In this document: piece by piece, positions 10,186 through 20,848 of the stretch
How the letters are laid out: every line of letters starts with the position of its first letter
How positions within the stretch are numbered: position 1 is the stretch's first letter
NCBI GenBank assembly: GCA_037441425.1
Contig: JBBISF010000007.1
Coordinates: 283-64,282, forward strand
Origin: Verrucomicrobiia bacterium
GTDB taxonomy: Bacteria; Verrucomicrobiota; Verrucomicrobiia; Palsa-1439
Length of the DNA: 64,000 nt
Reading direction: 5' to 3'
Made by a program: the position numbers and the translations under genes
The notes under the pieces: generated by a model
What the model was told of the DNA's origin: nothing
Seen by the model: only the letters and a program-made list of their open reading frames with translations
Database searches by the model: none

Positions 10186-10932
10186 TCACACGATCACGCG
10201 TTTGCCATTCACGTGTGCGACGCGCGCGTCCACGCCATAAACTTCGCGCAGGACTTCCGCGTGCAGGATTTCCTCCGTCGGGCCGATGCGGACGCGGCCT
10301 TCATGCAGGAGCAGCATCCGTTGCGCGCTGTTGGCGAGTTCGTTTAGCCGGTGCGTCACATAAATCACGGTGACGCCACTTTCGCTCCGGAGTTTCTCGA
10401 TCAACTCCAAGATGGCGTGCTGGCCCTCCAAATCCATGCCGTCAGTCGGCTCGTCTAAAACCATCGCGTGGGCATCGGCCATCAACGCGCGGGCGATGAG
10501 TACCCGCTGCTTTTGTCCGCCCGAGAGATCGGCGAATCGCTTGCCGGCCAGACGGACGGCGCCGACCCGGTCGAGATTCTTGTCGGCTAGCGTGCGGTCG
10601 GCTTTCGACGGCCGGCGCAACACGCCCAACCGGCCATAGCAACCCATGAGCACGAGTTCGCGCGCCGTCAGCGGAAAGATTTCGTCCAAGATGCCGCGCT
10701 GTGGCACATAACCGAAGCGCAGCCGTTGGCCGTCGCGAAATTCGACGGCGCCTTGCCGGGGTTTGATGATCCCCAGCAGCGCGCGGAGAATCGTGGTCTT
10801 GCCGGAACCGTTCGCGCCAATGATCGCGAAGAATTCGCCATCCAGGATGGAGAAATTCAAGCCGGTGAGGATCGTGCGTTGTCCGTAACCGAGCGTGACG
10901 TTCTTGAATTGGATCAGTGTGTTTGTCGGCAT
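10186..10932 (-). CDS. Metal ABC transporter ATP-binding protein
   Basis: GANGSGKTT, GYVPQ, LSGGQKQR, LDEPTDGMD. Confidence 0.93.
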   Translation of the reverse strand: MPTNTLIQFKNVTLGYGQRTILTGLNFSILDGEFFAIIGANGSGKTTILRALLGIIKPRQGAVEFRDGQRLRFGYVPQRGILDEIFPLTARELVLMGCYGRLGVLRRPSKADRTLADKNLDRVGAVRLAGKRFADLSGGQKQRVLIARALMADAHAMVLDEPTDGMDLEGQHAILELIEKLRSESGVTVIYVTHRLNELANSAQRMLLLHEGRVRIGPTEEILHAEVLREVYGVDARVAHVNGKRVIV

Positions 10933-10936
10933 GGGG

Positions 10937-11818
10937 TTACCTCTGCGCCCGGGAAACGCTCACCAGTTTGCTGATGCTCCAAGTGAGCGCATAGATCACG
11001 CCCAGCAAGACGACCTCCGTCGGGCCAATCGGCAGGTTCCATTGATACGCAAGCCAGAAGCCCAGCAAGGAGGAGAGACCGCCGAGCACCGAGGCCAGCA
11101 CGAGGAAATGCGGGATGTTGCGCGACACCAGATAAGCCGTCAGCGCGGGGATCAACAGAAAGCCGAAGGCGATCAGCGGACCGACGCTGAGCACCGCCAC
11201 CGAGATGGTCACGCCAATCAGCAGGTACAACAGCACGTCCCAGAGCGCGACGTTCTTATGCAGCGTGATCGCCATGGGCCGGTCGAACGACACGAGCAGA
11301 AGTTCCTTGTGAAACAATCCCAGCAGAATGAGCACGAGCAGTAACGTGACCGCCGTCAGCGCGAGATCAAAATTCGAGATCGTGATGACTTCCCCTTTGA
11401 GCAAATCGAGCCAGCCCAGTTCCGCGTATCTGTTTTTGGCCAGGATCAAGATGCTGGCCGCCGCCGCGACGACGTACGTCGCGCCCAGCCGGCCTTCGGC
11501 GATCCCGCGCCCGCGTCGCTCCAAAAAGGCCAGCACCAGAATCGCGACCAGTGAAAAGAGCAACGACCCGGCAAAGGCCAGCATGTGTTCCATTTGCGTT
11601 GATTGTTCACCCGGCAGCGTGCCGAGCCAGACCGGCAGGGACAACGCGAACGCCGCGCCGCAGGAAGAAACTTGCGGCAGGGCCACGCCCATGAATACCA
11701 ACCGGCGCAACACGAGAAACACGCCGACCAGCGGACAGGCGAAACCGATCAGGACACTGGTGTAGAGCGAATTGCGCAGGAGAAAATCCGGCGCGAGGAT
11801 GTGATGCAAGGTTTCCAT
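10937..11818 (-). CDS. Metal ABC transporter permease
   Basis: GVFLVLRRLVFMGVALPQ, KELLLVSFD; multi-TM ABC-3 pattern. Confidence 0.9.
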   Translation of the reverse strand: METLHHILAPDFLLRNSLYTSVLIGFACPLVGVFLVLRRLVFMGVALPQVSSCGAAFALSLPVWLGTLPGEQSTQMEHMLAFAGSLLFSLVAILVLAFLERRGRGIAEGRLGATYVVAAAASILILAKNRYAELGWLDLLKGEVITISNFDLALTAVTLLLVLILLGLFHKELLLVSFDRPMAITLHKNVALWDVLLYLLIGVTISVAVLSVGPLIAFGFLLIPALTAYLVSRNIPHFLVLASVLGGLSSLLGFWLAYQWNLPIGPTEVVLLGVIYALTWSISKLVSVSRAQR

Positions 11819-11842
11819 TTCAGGCAGTCTCCAATCTCAAAG

Positions 11843-12754
11843 TCAGCCTTTGATGGCCGCGACCATCGTGTGCACGATGTAATCCATCATCTTGATGTAG
11901 GTTTCCGTGCCCGGTACGCCGCCGGGCATGATTGGCAGCTTGACGAGCTTGGCGCCGGTGTCCTGCGCGATGAGGGCCGGCACCCGTTCAGGGAACTGCG
12001 GCTCGCGCACGACGAGCGGCACATGGTCGGCCTTCATCATCGTGACCAGGTCCTCAATGTGCCGCGGCGTGGGATCGATGCCGGGCTTGAGTTCGATGGT
12101 GCCCACGTACTTCATGCCGAAGCGCTCCGCGAAGTAAGGCCAGTGCTCGTGGTACGAGACGAACGCCACGCCATTCAGCGGCGCGGCTTCCTTTCCCCAT
12201 TCGGCGATCTTGGCGTCGAGTTTCGCGAGATAGGCGTCGCGATTGCGGGTGAAGTCGGCCGTGTACTGCGGCGCGAAGGCGACCAGCGCGTTGCAGATGT
12301 TCTGGATCGCCGTTTTCGCCAGCACGGGGTCGAGCATGTAGTGCGGATTGCCGTAGGGATGAACGTCGCCCTCGGAATGGCCGGTGGATTTGGGCACGTC
12401 CACCGGGATGATGCCCTGCGAACAATCCACGTAACCCGGGTGACCGAATTCGATGCGTGGATTCTTGCTGGCTTCGATCAAAGCCGGCAAGAACGCATGT
12501 TCGCAATCGAAGCCGACGAGCAACAAGAGGTCGGCCCGGTTCATCAACGGGACGAAGCTCGGTTTCATTGGCACGCCATGCGTGTCTTCGACGCCGGTCG
12601 CGAGGCTGCGCACCTCCACGTGATTGCCGCCCACTTCGCGGGCGAAGTCGGCGAGATCGGTCAACGTGGTGACGACGCGAATTTTACCGGCGTACACCGG
12701 GGCCGCCGTGGTCAACACCCCGACCAATAACAAACGAAACAAGATTGATTTCAT
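11843..12754 (-). CDS. Metal ABC transporter substrate-binding protein
   Basis: Signal peptide; EDTH, GHSEGDVHPYGNPHYMLDP and YHEHWPYF ligand motifs. Confidence 0.92.
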   Translation of the reverse strand: MKSILFRLLLVGVLTTAAPVYAGKIRVVTTLTDLADFAREVGGNHVEVRSLATGVEDTHGVPMKPSFVPLMNRADLLLLVGFDCEHAFLPALIEASKNPRIEFGHPGYVDCSQGIIPVDVPKSTGHSEGDVHPYGNPHYMLDPVLAKTAIQNICNALVAFAPQYTADFTRNRDAYLAKLDAKIAEWGKEAAPLNGVAFVSYHEHWPYFAERFGMKYVGTIELKPGIDPTPRHIEDLVTMMKADHVPLVVREPQFPERVPALIAQDTGAKLVKLPIMPGGVPGTETYIKMMDYIVHTMVAAIKG

Positions 12755-12772
12755 GGGATGATTTCCTTTCGG

Positions 12773-14149
12773 TTAACGTTGTTGCCAGCCGTGAGAGTGG
12801 GCGCCGATGATCCACGCCCACTGGAGATACACGGCATCGTCGTTCTTCAATGCTGACGCACCACTGTGTTCGGTGTGGGTGTATTGCAGCCGGAGTTGAT
12901 TCCAGTGGCTGAGCGCGAAGGTGAGAAACGGCGAATACGCAGACGTGTGAGCGTGCTCGTCCACCGCGTCCTCGACCCAATCAAATAAGAATCCCCCACT
13001 CCACCGCCGGTGCCATTTGTACGCCATGTACGAGTACAGCCCGAGCGCGCCGACATTGCTGTTGAATTCGTCGCCCGAGCCGGGCGTGCCGTCGGGATCG
13101 AGCAAGTACCGGTTGTCGCTGTAGAGTAACTCGCTGCCCCACGTGAAGCTCCGGAACTGATTATTCCGCAGCGGCGTGTAGTTGAACTTCACGTCCAGGC
13201 CGGCCAACCGGCGTTCATGCTCCGTCGCGGTGCCGCCGCCCGGCACATCCAACACCCCGCCCCGGTTTTTGGTGCGCGGATTGATCAACCCCGACACGCC
13301 CGTCTCCAGTTGCCAATTCGGCGTGAGATCAAAATAGGTGGACAACCGCCCCCATGTGTTCACCCCGTCAATCCCGCGGAACCCACCCACGTTATTTGGA
13401 TTCGGACTGTCGCCACCGAACGAATCGCCCACCCCTAGCGTCAGGCTGATGTACTGGTCGACCGGTGCCAGCCAATTGACCTGCAACCCGTCCGAACGGG
13501 ATTCGCCGCCGATATATTGGTCCAGCGCCAGAGGCCGGTTGACGAAGGGCAACTCGTGGTCGTGGATGTACGCCAGCCGGCCGAATTCCCCGAAGAACCG
13601 CCCGGCCTTCAGCTCCAAATTCCCCGGCAACGAGGTGGTTTGCAAGGCCGCTTCCTCGATGCCGAAGTTGGCTTCGCCGGTGGCGGCATCAGCCGAGGCA
13701 TTGGCCACCACATACCCCTTGGCAAACGGATCAACCGACCCGGACACGTTGAGTTCGACCGAGCGCTGGAACACATCAAACCCGCCCGGCCGGTCGCTCC
13801 CCGTCGCCGCCGAACTGCGTGACCGGTACGAGACAACGGTCTCGCCGACCAAGCCGATGGCCGGATTGAACTCGCTCGGCAACACCTTCCGTTGCGCTTC
13901 CGCCACCTGCTGCACCTGTTCTTTCAACTCCTGCACCTGCGCCGGCGTCACCGCGCCGGCGGGTGGCGCATTCGTCTTGGCCGCCTCCAATTGCTCGATC
14001 TTCTGCTGCAACTGCTGCATTTGCTGCTGCATTTCCTGCATCTGCTTCTTTAACGCGTCGAGCGCGTCGTCCGCCTCGACGGGTACAACCGCCGTCGCGA
14101 CAGCCAGCGCCACCGCGACGGATACAACTCGGACTAAACGAAAGTTCAT
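12773..14149 (-). CDS. Outer-membrane beta-barrel/porin-like protein of metal ABC clusters
   Basis: Signal peptide, Gln-rich coiled coil, FNPAIGL, VDPF, IHDHELPFVNRP, C-terminal IGAHSH; same strand as and directly upstream of the ABC genes. Confidence 0.75.
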   Translation of the reverse strand: MNFRLVRVVSVAVALAVATAVVPVEADDALDALKKQMQEMQQQMQQLQQKIEQLEAAKTNAPPAGAVTPAQVQELKEQVQQVAEAQRKVLPSEFNPAIGLVGETVVSYRSRSSAATGSDRPGGFDVFQRSVELNVSGSVDPFAKGYVVANASADAATGEANFGIEEAALQTTSLPGNLELKAGRFFGEFGRLAYIHDHELPFVNRPLALDQYIGGESRSDGLQVNWLAPVDQYISLTLGVGDSFGGDSPNPNNVGGFRGIDGVNTWGRLSTYFDLTPNWQLETGVSGLINPRTKNRGGVLDVPGGGTATEHERRLAGLDVKFNYTPLRNNQFRSFTWGSELLYSDNRYLLDPDGTPGSGDEFNSNVGALGLYSYMAYKWHRRWSGGFLFDWVEDAVDEHAHTSAYSPFLTFALSHWNQLRLQYTHTEHSGASALKNDDAVYLQWAWIIGAHSHGWQQR

Positions 14150-14232
14150 GTCTCCTCCTGAAACGAAATTGTCCCCGGCCCGACACCACAGGCCGGGAGG
14201 GTTAGTTTAAGAACAACGAACGACGGATGGAG

Positions 14233-14520
14233 TTATGCCGAGGCGGCCGGAGGAGCACGACTGGCGGAAGCCAGCGAGAAAACAGCGGGGACAAACACCG
14301 ATTGCGCCGGCAACACCGGCAGCGTGAGGGTCTGGGCGACGACGGCGGGCACTTCCACCATCGGCACATCGGTCACGATCGCGATATGCCAGGCGCACGC
14401 GGCGCATTCGTGCGCGCTGTGCAGCCCACTCGTATCGTGGTGGTCGTGGATCATCCCGAACACGACCGCCACGCTCAGGTAGAGCAAACCAACGATAGCG
14501 GCTGCGACGCGCTTCTTCAC
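14233..14520 (-). CDS. DUF2946-like leader protein with His/CxxC motif and C-terminal RAPP motif
   Basis: GTG 14520: KKR + hydrophobic segment, HDHH..H..HECAACAWH, Pro/Val-rich linker, SRAPPAASA-stop; about 95 aa. Confidence 0.8.
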   Translation of the reverse strand: MKKRVAAAIVGLLYLSVAVVFGMIHDHHDTSGLHSAHECAACAWHIAIVTDVPMVEVPAVVAQTLTLPVLPAQSVFVPAVFSLASASRAPPAASA

Positions 14521-14579
14521 GAGGCGAGGCTGACTGTTGCCGGAGATCGCCGAAAAGTCAAGCGTGCCGGCAGGAGCGG

Positions 14580-14638
14580 CTGGGAACCGGTGGGTACATG
14601 GTGCCCCCCGGTGATGAAGCGGAAGGTGGTGAGCACAC
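14580..14638 (+). repeat. Dispersed ~60-bp hairpin element, copy A
   Basis: 54 of 59 nt identical to the reverse complement of 35886-35946 (manual alignment). Confidence 0.85.
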
Positions 14639-14865
14639 AAAGGATGAACGAGTTACGTACAACGCGTTGGTCGTTGTCGTTGCGCCCACGCCAGCCTGGC
14701 CGGCAGTCCTTTTCAAAAAGTTGGCGACCGACTTGCAATCCGCCGCGTTTGGTCTATTTTCCCCGCGTCGCAGGAGACGGCATGGAGGATGGGGCTTGCA
14801 AAAGTGCGCTCCTTGTCTAACTTCCAGACGAAGAAGCATGCCGTCGTTGCAGGATTGATTAGGCG

Positions 14866-15516
14866 ATGTCACAGATTTTTCATCCGAGTGCGAATACTGT
14901 CGCGAAGGTCAGTGTGTTTGGGGCGGTTTTTATTGTGGCCGGGCTGGCGTGGGTCGGCGGCGCACTGTATCGCTCGTCCTACATCACGCGGGTCGGGTCG
15001 CCGCGGAACCAGCCGGTCCCGTTCAGCCACAAGCACCATGTCAGCGATGTCGGGCTGGATTGCCGGTACTGCCACACGGCGGTGGAAAATTCCTCGTTTG
15101 CCGGCATTCCGCCGACCAAGACGTGCATGAACTGCCACTCCATGCTGTTTACCGACAGTCCGATGCTTGAACCAGTCCGCCATAGTTTCCAAACCGGGCA
15201 GCCGCTTGTTTGGAACCGGGTCAACTACGTCCCGCAGTTCGTCTTCTTCAACCACAGTATCCACATCTCGAAAGGGATTGGCTGCACGACCTGCCACGGG
15301 CCGGTTGGGCAGATGCCGTTGACGTGGCAGGGCCAATCGCTGCACATGCGCTGGTGCCTTGATTGCCACACCGCCCCGGAGAAATTCGTGCGGCCCAAGG
15401 ACCAGGTCTTCAACCCCGACTGGCAGCCACCGGCAAATCAACTCGAAGTCGGGACCAAGCTCGTCCAGGAGTACCACATCAAGAAACTCACCGACTGCTG
15501 CACGTGCCACCGATGA
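14866..15516 (+). CDS. actA: Alternative complex III pentaheme cytochrome c subunit ActA
   Basis: N-terminal TM, QPVPFSHKHH, five CxxCH motifs. Confidence 0.93.
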   Translation: MSQIFHPSANTVAKVSVFGAVFIVAGLAWVGGALYRSSYITRVGSPRNQPVPFSHKHHVSDVGLDCRYCHTAVENSSFAGIPPTKTCMNCHSMLFTDSPMLEPVRHSFQTGQPLVWNRVNYVPQFVFFNHSIHISKGIGCTTCHGPVGQMPLTWQGQSLHMRWCLDCHTAPEKFVRPKDQVFNPDWQPPANQLEVGTKLVQEYHIKKLTDCCTCHR

Positions 15517-18371
15517 ACCCCCAAACCGGCAAAGAATACTGGCGCAGCTTGGAAGAACAGGCTGACACCCCGGCCTTCCGGGAATTCCTCCATCGCGAGT
15601 TTCCCGTGGATGCCTCGATTTGGGAGGACAGCGTCAGCCGAAGGCAGTTCTTGAAGGTAATGGGCGCATCGTTCGCCTTGGCGGGTCTGACCGGTTGCAT
15701 GCGCAGCCCGGAAGAAAAAATCGTCCCGTATGTCAAACAACCCGAACAGATCGTGCCCGGCAAGCCATTGTTCTACGCCACTGCGATGACCCTCGGCGGC
15801 TACGCGACCGGCCTGCTTGTCGAGAGTCACGAAGGCCGGCCCACCAAGATCGAAGGCAACCCGCAGCATCCCGGCAGCCTCGGCGCGACCGACATTTTCA
15901 CGCAAGCGTCGGTGCTGACGATGTACGACCCCGACCGGTCGCAGACCGTGCTCAACGCCGGCGAAATCGCAACGTGGTCGGCGTTCCTCGGGGCGCTCAC
16001 CGCAGCGTTGAGCAACCCACAAATCCGCCTGCGCATCCTGACCGAGACGATCGGTTCGCCGACGTTGGCGGCGCAATTGCGCGACGTGCTCAACAAATTT
16101 CCCAACGCCCGGTGGCATCAGTACGAACCGCTGGCGCGCGACAACGCCTACGAAGGCGCGCGCCTCGCGTTCGGCGAGCCGGTCGAAACGCAATACCGGT
16201 TCGACCGGGCCGACGTGATTCTCAGTTTGGACGCCGATTTTCTCAGCGCCGGTCCTAGCTGGATCCGGTACACCCGCGATTATACCAACAAGCGCCGCGT
16301 CCGCGCCGGCCAGACCGCGATGAACCGGCTCTACGCCATCGAATCGCTGCCGACCAATACCGGCGCGATGGCCGACCATCGATGGACAATGCCGGCCAGC
16401 GAAGTCGAGGCGGTCGCGCGAATGTTCGCAAGCGGTGAAGTCAACACTGCGCCGTGGAGCGCGGTCTGGAAAGATCTTCAGCGGCATCGCGGCGCAAGTC
16501 TGGTGATCGCCGGCGACCAGCAACCGCCGGTCGTACACGCGTTGGCGCACGCGATCAACGACGCCCTCGGCAACGTGGGCCAGACGGTCATTTACACCGA
16601 TACGGTCGCGGCGGAGCCGGTGGGGCAATTTCAGTCGCTGGGCGAACTCGTCGCGGACATGAACGCCGGCAAGGTGGATTTGCTGGTGATTCTCGGTGGC
16701 AACCCGGTCTATGACGCGCCGGGCGATGTGTCGTTTGCGGCGGCGATGAACAAGGTGAAACTGCGCGTGCATCTCGGCTTGTACAACGACGAGACATCGC
16801 CGTTGTGCCACTGGCACGTCCCGGAGTCGCATTATCTCGAAGCGTGGAGCGACGCGCGGGCGTTCGACGGCACGGCCAGCATCGTGCAGCCGTTGATTGC
16901 GCCGCTGTATGATTCGAAGTCGGCGCACGAACTGGTCGCCGCACTCGCGGGGAAGGCCGGCGTGGCCGGGCACGATCTGGTGCGTGAGTTCTGGAAGGCG
17001 CACGGGTTGGCGGACGATAACTCATGGCATGCGGCATTGCATGACGGCGTGGTGCCGGGCACGGCGTTTCCGGCCAAGGCGGTCAGGCTGCGGAGGTTTG
17101 ACATGCCGGCAGCGGCGAAACCGGAAGCCGGCGCGCTGGAGATCAGTTTCCGCGCCGACCCGACATTGGGGGATGGACGGTTTGCGAACAATGGCTGGTT
17201 GCAGGAATGTCCGAAACCGTTGACGCGGCTGACGTGGGACAACGCGGCGTTGATCAGCGCGAAGTTGGCGGGGGAACAGAATCTTGCGAACGGCGATGTG
17301 GTGGAGTTGCGTTACCGGGGGCGCGCGGTTGAGGCGCCGGTGTGGATCATGCCGGGGCAACCGGAAGGTGTGGTGACAGTGCATCTTGGTTACGGACGCA
17401 CCCACGCCGGGCGCGTCGGCACGGGCGCGGGTTTCAGCGCGTATGGCATCCGACCGGCAGACGCGCCGTGGTTCGGGAACGACTTGAAATTGCGCAAGAC
17501 CGGCAGACAATACAAGCTGGCGTGCACACAGAATCATAGTTCGATGGAAGGGCGCGATCTGGTACGGGCGGGAACTCTGGCGGAGTTTGTGAAGAATCCC
17601 GAATTCGCCAAAGGGGAACTGGATTATCCGTCGATGTATCCCGGCCACAAATACAACGGGTATGCGTGGGGGATGGCGATTGATCTGACGGCGTGCATCG
17701 GTTGCAGCGCGTGCGTCGTGGCGTGCCAGTCGGAGAACAACATTCCCGTCGTCGGCAAGGAACAGGTGGATTTCGGCCGGGAAATGCACTGGATTCGCAT
17801 CGACCGGTATTTTCAGGGCGAGACGGCGGATCCGGAAGTGTACTTCGAGCCGGTCCAATGCATGCACTGCGAGAACGCGCCGTGCGAAGTCGTCTGCCCG
17901 GTCGGCGCGACGGTGCACACCGACGACGGATTGAATGCGATGATCTACAATCGCTGCGTGGGCACGCGCTACTGTTCGAACAACTGTCCGTACAAGGTGC
18001 GCCGATTCAATTTCCTTCAGTACTCGGACACGAAGACGCCGAGCCGAAAACTTCAGTACAATCCGCAGGTGACGGTGCGCAATCGCGGCGTGATGGAGAA
18101 GTGCACGTACTGCATCCAACGCGTCGAAGCTGCGAAGATTACCGCCGAGAAGGAAAACCGGAAGGTCACCGATGGCGAAATCAAGACCGCTTGCCAACAG
18201 GTTTGCCCAGCGCAGGCGATCGTCTTCGGCGACTTGAACGACGCGAACAGTCACGTCGCCAGACTGCGCGCTGAGCCGCTCACGTACGGATTGCTGACCG
18301 AACTGAACACTCGGCCGCGCACGACCTACCTCGCCCGGCTGCGCAACCCGAACCCGGAGTTGGAAGCGTGA
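15513..18371 (+). CDS. actB: Alternative complex III subunit ActB (molybdopterin-oxidoreductase-like + Fe-S)
   Basis: YWRSLEE, Tat [18 protein letters not shown]-terminal Fe-S motifs ([29 protein letters not shown]); ATG 15513 overlaps the actA stop. Confidence 0.93.
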   Translation: MNPQTGKEYWRSLEEQADTPAFREFLHREFPVDASIWEDSVSRRQFLKVMGASFALAGLTGCMRSPEEKIVPYVKQPEQIVPGKPLFYATAMTLGGYATGLLVESHEGRPTKIEGNPQHPGSLGATDIFTQASVLTMYDPDRSQTVLNAGEIATWSAFLGALTAALSNPQIRLRILTETIGSPTLAAQLRDVLNKFPNARWHQYEPLARDNAYEGARLAFGEPVETQYRFDRADVILSLDADFLSAGPSWIRYTRDYTNKRRVRAGQTAMNRLYAIESLPTNTGAMADHRWTMPASEVEAVARMFASGEVNTAPWSAVWKDLQRHRGASLVIAGDQQPPVVHALAHAINDALGNVGQTVIYTDTVAAEPVGQFQSLGELVADMNAGKVDLLVILGGNPVYDAPGDVSFAAAMNKVKLRVHLGLYNDETSPLCHWHVPESHYLEAWSDARAFDGTASIVQPLIAPLYDSKSAHELVAALAGKAGVAGHDLVREFWKAHGLADDNSWHAALHDGVVPGTAFPAKAVRLRRFDMPAAAKPEAGALEISFRADPTLGDGRFANNGWLQECPKPLTRLTWDNAALISAKLAGEQNLANGDVVELRYRGRAVEAPVWIMPGQPEGVVTVHLGYGRTHAGRVGTGAGFSAYGIRPADAPWFGNDLKLRKTGRQYKLACTQNHSSMEGRDLVRAGTLAEFVKNPEFAKGELDYPSMYPGHKYNGYAWGMAIDLTACIGCSACVVACQSENNIPVVGKEQVDFGREMHWIRIDRYFQGETADPEVYFEPVQCMHCENAPCEVVCPVGATVHTDDGLNAMIYNRCVGTRYCSNNCPYKVRRFNFLQYSDTKTPSRKLQYNPQVTVRNRGVMEKCTYCIQRVEAAKITAEKENRKVTDGEIKTACQQVCPAQAIVFGDLNDANSHVARLRAEPLTYGLLTELNTRPRTTYLARLRNPNPELEA

Positions 18372-19744
18372 CGGCACCCAACGAAACAAAACGAAATGGT
18401 TTGCTCGGCCCGGGCCACTCCTACGCGTCGGTGACCGACAAGATCGCCGCGATCGTGCTCACGACGAAGACGCCGTACAGTTGGATGTTTGGGCTGGCGG
18501 TCGGATTCACGATGTTGATGGCGCTGCTGATGTCGGCGGCGTACCTGTTCTACAAAGGTGTCGGCATCTGGGGCATTCGGATGCCGGTGGCGTGGGGTTT
18601 TGCCATCGTGAATTTTGTGTGGTGGATCGGAATCGGCCATGCCGGGACGCTGATCTCGGCGATTCTGCTGTTGTTCCGGCAGGAGTGGCGCACGTCGATC
18701 AACCGGTTCGCGGAAGCGATGACGTTGTTCGCGGTGTCGTGCGCCGGGTTGTTTCCGCTGCTGCACCTCGGCCGGCCGTGGGTGTTTTATTGGTTGTTCC
18801 CTTACCCCGACACGATGAAGCTCTGGCCGCAATGGCGCAGTCCGCTGGTGTGGGACGTGTTCGCGGTCTCGACGTACGCGACGGTGTCGTTCATGTTTTG
18901 GTATGTCGGGTTGATTCCCGACTTGGCGAGCATGCGCGACCGGGCCAAACACCGCGGCGTAGCGTTTGTGTACGGCGTGTTGGCGATGGGCTGGCGTGGC
19001 GCGGCCCGGCATTGGAACCGGTACAAGACGGCCTATCTGCTGTTGGCCGGGCTGGCGACACCGCTGGTGTTGTCGGTGCATTCGGTGGTGAGTTTCGATT
19101 TCACCGTTGGCATCGTGCCCGGCTGGCACAGCACGATTTTCCCGCCGTTCTTTGTCGCGGGGGCGATCTTCTCGGGGTTTGCGATGGTAATGACGTTGAC
19201 GATTCCGATCCGGAAAGTCTATCACCTCGAAGAATTCATCACGCAGCGCCACCTGGAAAACATGGCGAAGGTGATGCTCGCGACCGGCATGATGGTCAGC
19301 TACGGCTACCTGATGGAGGCTTTCACGGCGTGGTACAGCGGCAACCAGTTTGAGATCGCCCAAGCGGTCTACCGGGCCAAGGGCGACTACGCGCTGTGGT
19401 ATTGGCTGATGATCGCCTGCAACGCGCTCGCGCCGCAACTGTTCTGGTTCAAGAAGGTGCGCCAGAATCTGGTGCTGATGTTCATCCTCTCGCTGATTAT
19501 CAATCTCGGCATGTGGCTGGAGCGGTTTGTGATCGTGGTCATCAGCCTCGCGCACGACTTCATGCCGTCGGCGTGGCGCATGTACTATCCAACGGTGTGG
19601 GATTGGGCGACGCTGATCGGGTCGCTTGGCCTGTTCGTCACGTTGTTGTTCCTGTTCATCCGCGTGCTGCCGATGATCTCGATTTTTGAAATGCGCGAAA
19701 TGGTGCACGGCACGCAGCACCACGACAAGGAGGCCGGCCAATGA
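18368..19744 (+). CDS. actC: Alternative complex III quinol-oxidising subunit ActC (NrfD family)
   Basis: [46 protein letters not shown]. Confidence 0.95.
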   Translation: MTAPNETKRNGLLGPGHSYASVTDKIAAIVLTTKTPYSWMFGLAVGFTMLMALLMSAAYLFYKGVGIWGIRMPVAWGFAIVNFVWWIGIGHAGTLISAILLLFRQEWRTSINRFAEAMTLFAVSCAGLFPLLHLGRPWVFYWLFPYPDTMKLWPQWRSPLVWDVFAVSTYATVSFMFWYVGLIPDLASMRDRAKHRGVAFVYGVLAMGWRGAARHWNRYKTAYLLLAGLATPLVLSVHSVVSFDFTVGIVPGWHSTIFPPFFVAGAIFSGFAMVMTLTIPIRKVYHLEEFITQRHLENMAKVMLATGMMVSYGYLMEAFTAWYSGNQFEIAQAVYRAKGDYALWYWLMIACNALAPQLFWFKKVRQNLVLMFILSLIINLGMWLERFVIVVISLAHDFMPSAWRMYYPTVWDWATLIGSLGLFVTLLFLFIRVLPMISIFEMREMVHGTQHHDKEAGQ

Positions 19745-20286
19745 ACCTCCTCAGGAAGCCGGTCTTTTACGGGTTGGTGGCCGAGTTCGAGACGCCGGAA
19801 AAACTGATCGCCGCGACGAACCAAGCCTACGCCGCCGGCTACCGCAAGATGGAAGCCTACACGCCGTTCCCGGTCGAAGGCATTGACGAAGCGCTGCGCT
19901 TCCGGCGCAACCGCGTGCCGCTGCTCGTCTTGCTGGGCGGCCTCGGCGGCTGCTTGGGCGGGTTTGGGATGCAGTATTTCGCCGCGGAACTCGATTACCC
20001 GATCAACGTCGGCGGCCGGCCGTTCAACAGTTGGCCGGCCTTCATCCCGGTGACCTTCGAAATGACGATTCTGGTCGCGGCGGTTTCGGCCGTGCTCGGC
20101 ATGCTGTTGCTCAACGGCCTGCCGCAACCGTATCATCCGCTGTTCAACGTCGAACGGTTCGTCGCCGGCAGCCACGACCGGTTCTTCCTCTGCATCGAAG
20201 CCACTGACCCAAAGTTTGACCGGGCCGCGACGCGCAAATTTCTGGAAAACCTGCCCGCGAAGGGAGTCTATGACGTCGCACCTTAA
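19741..20286 (+). CDS. actD: Alternative complex III subunit ActD (DUF3341)
   Basis: [26 protein letters not shown]; two TMs. Confidence 0.92.
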   Translation: MNLLRKPVFYGLVAEFETPEKLIAATNQAYAAGYRKMEAYTPFPVEGIDEALRFRRNRVPLLVLLGGLGGCLGGFGMQYFAAELDYPINVGGRPFNSWPAFIPVTFEMTILVAAVSAVLGMLLLNGLPQPYHPLFNVERFVAGSHDRFFLCIEATDPKFDRAATRKFLENLPAKGVYDVAP

Positions 20287-20848
20287 ATACTTCGCGCTGT
20301 TGCTGCTGCCGTTGATTGCCGGTTGCGACATGCAGGACATGTACCGGCAACCGAAGCGCGAACCGCTGTCGCCGAGCACGATGTTCAATGACGGCATGTC
20401 GGCGCGGCCGGCGGTGGCCGACACGGTGGCGCGCGGGCAACTGCGCACCAACGCTGTCTTCTTCACCGGCAAGCTCAACGGCAAGGATGTCGAAGTGATT
20501 CCACTTCCGGTCACCAAGGAATTGTTGCTCCGCGGACAGGAACGGTTCAACATTTACTGTTCCCCCTGCCACGACCGGACCGGCGGCGGCAACGGCATCG
20601 TCGTCCAGCGCGGCATTCGCCCGCCGCCCTCGTTTCACGATCCGAAATTGCGCGCGATGCCGATCGGACATTTCTACGACGTGATGTCGAATGGGTTTGG
20701 CGCGATGCAGGATTACGCGGCACAGGTTACCCCCGAGGACCGGTGGGCCATCGCGGCGTACATCCGTGCGCTGCAATACAGCGAGTACGCCCCCGCCGCC
20801 GACGTGCCGGCCGCGGAGCTGCCGAAACTCAAGGAGGCCGGCAAGTGA
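20270..20848 (+). CDS. actE: Alternative complex III monoheme lipoprotein ActE
   Basis: Lipobox LIAGC, DMYRQP, RGQERFNIYCSPCH, DRWAIAAYIRALQ. Confidence 0.92.
   Translation: MTSHLKYFALLLLPLIAGCDMQDMYRQPKREPLSPSTMFNDGMSARPAVADTVARGQLRTNAVFFTGKLNGKDVEVIPLPVTKELLLRGQERFNIYCSPCHDRTGGGNGIVVQRGIRPPPSFHDPKLRAMPIGHFYDVMSNGFGAMQDYAAQVTPEDRWAIAAYIRALQYSEYAPAADVPAAELPKLKEAGK

Noticed and set aside
14000-14050. CTG/CAG-rich low-complexity run
   Set aside because: Gln-rich coiled coil of the outer-membrane protein; not a CRISPR or mobile repeat
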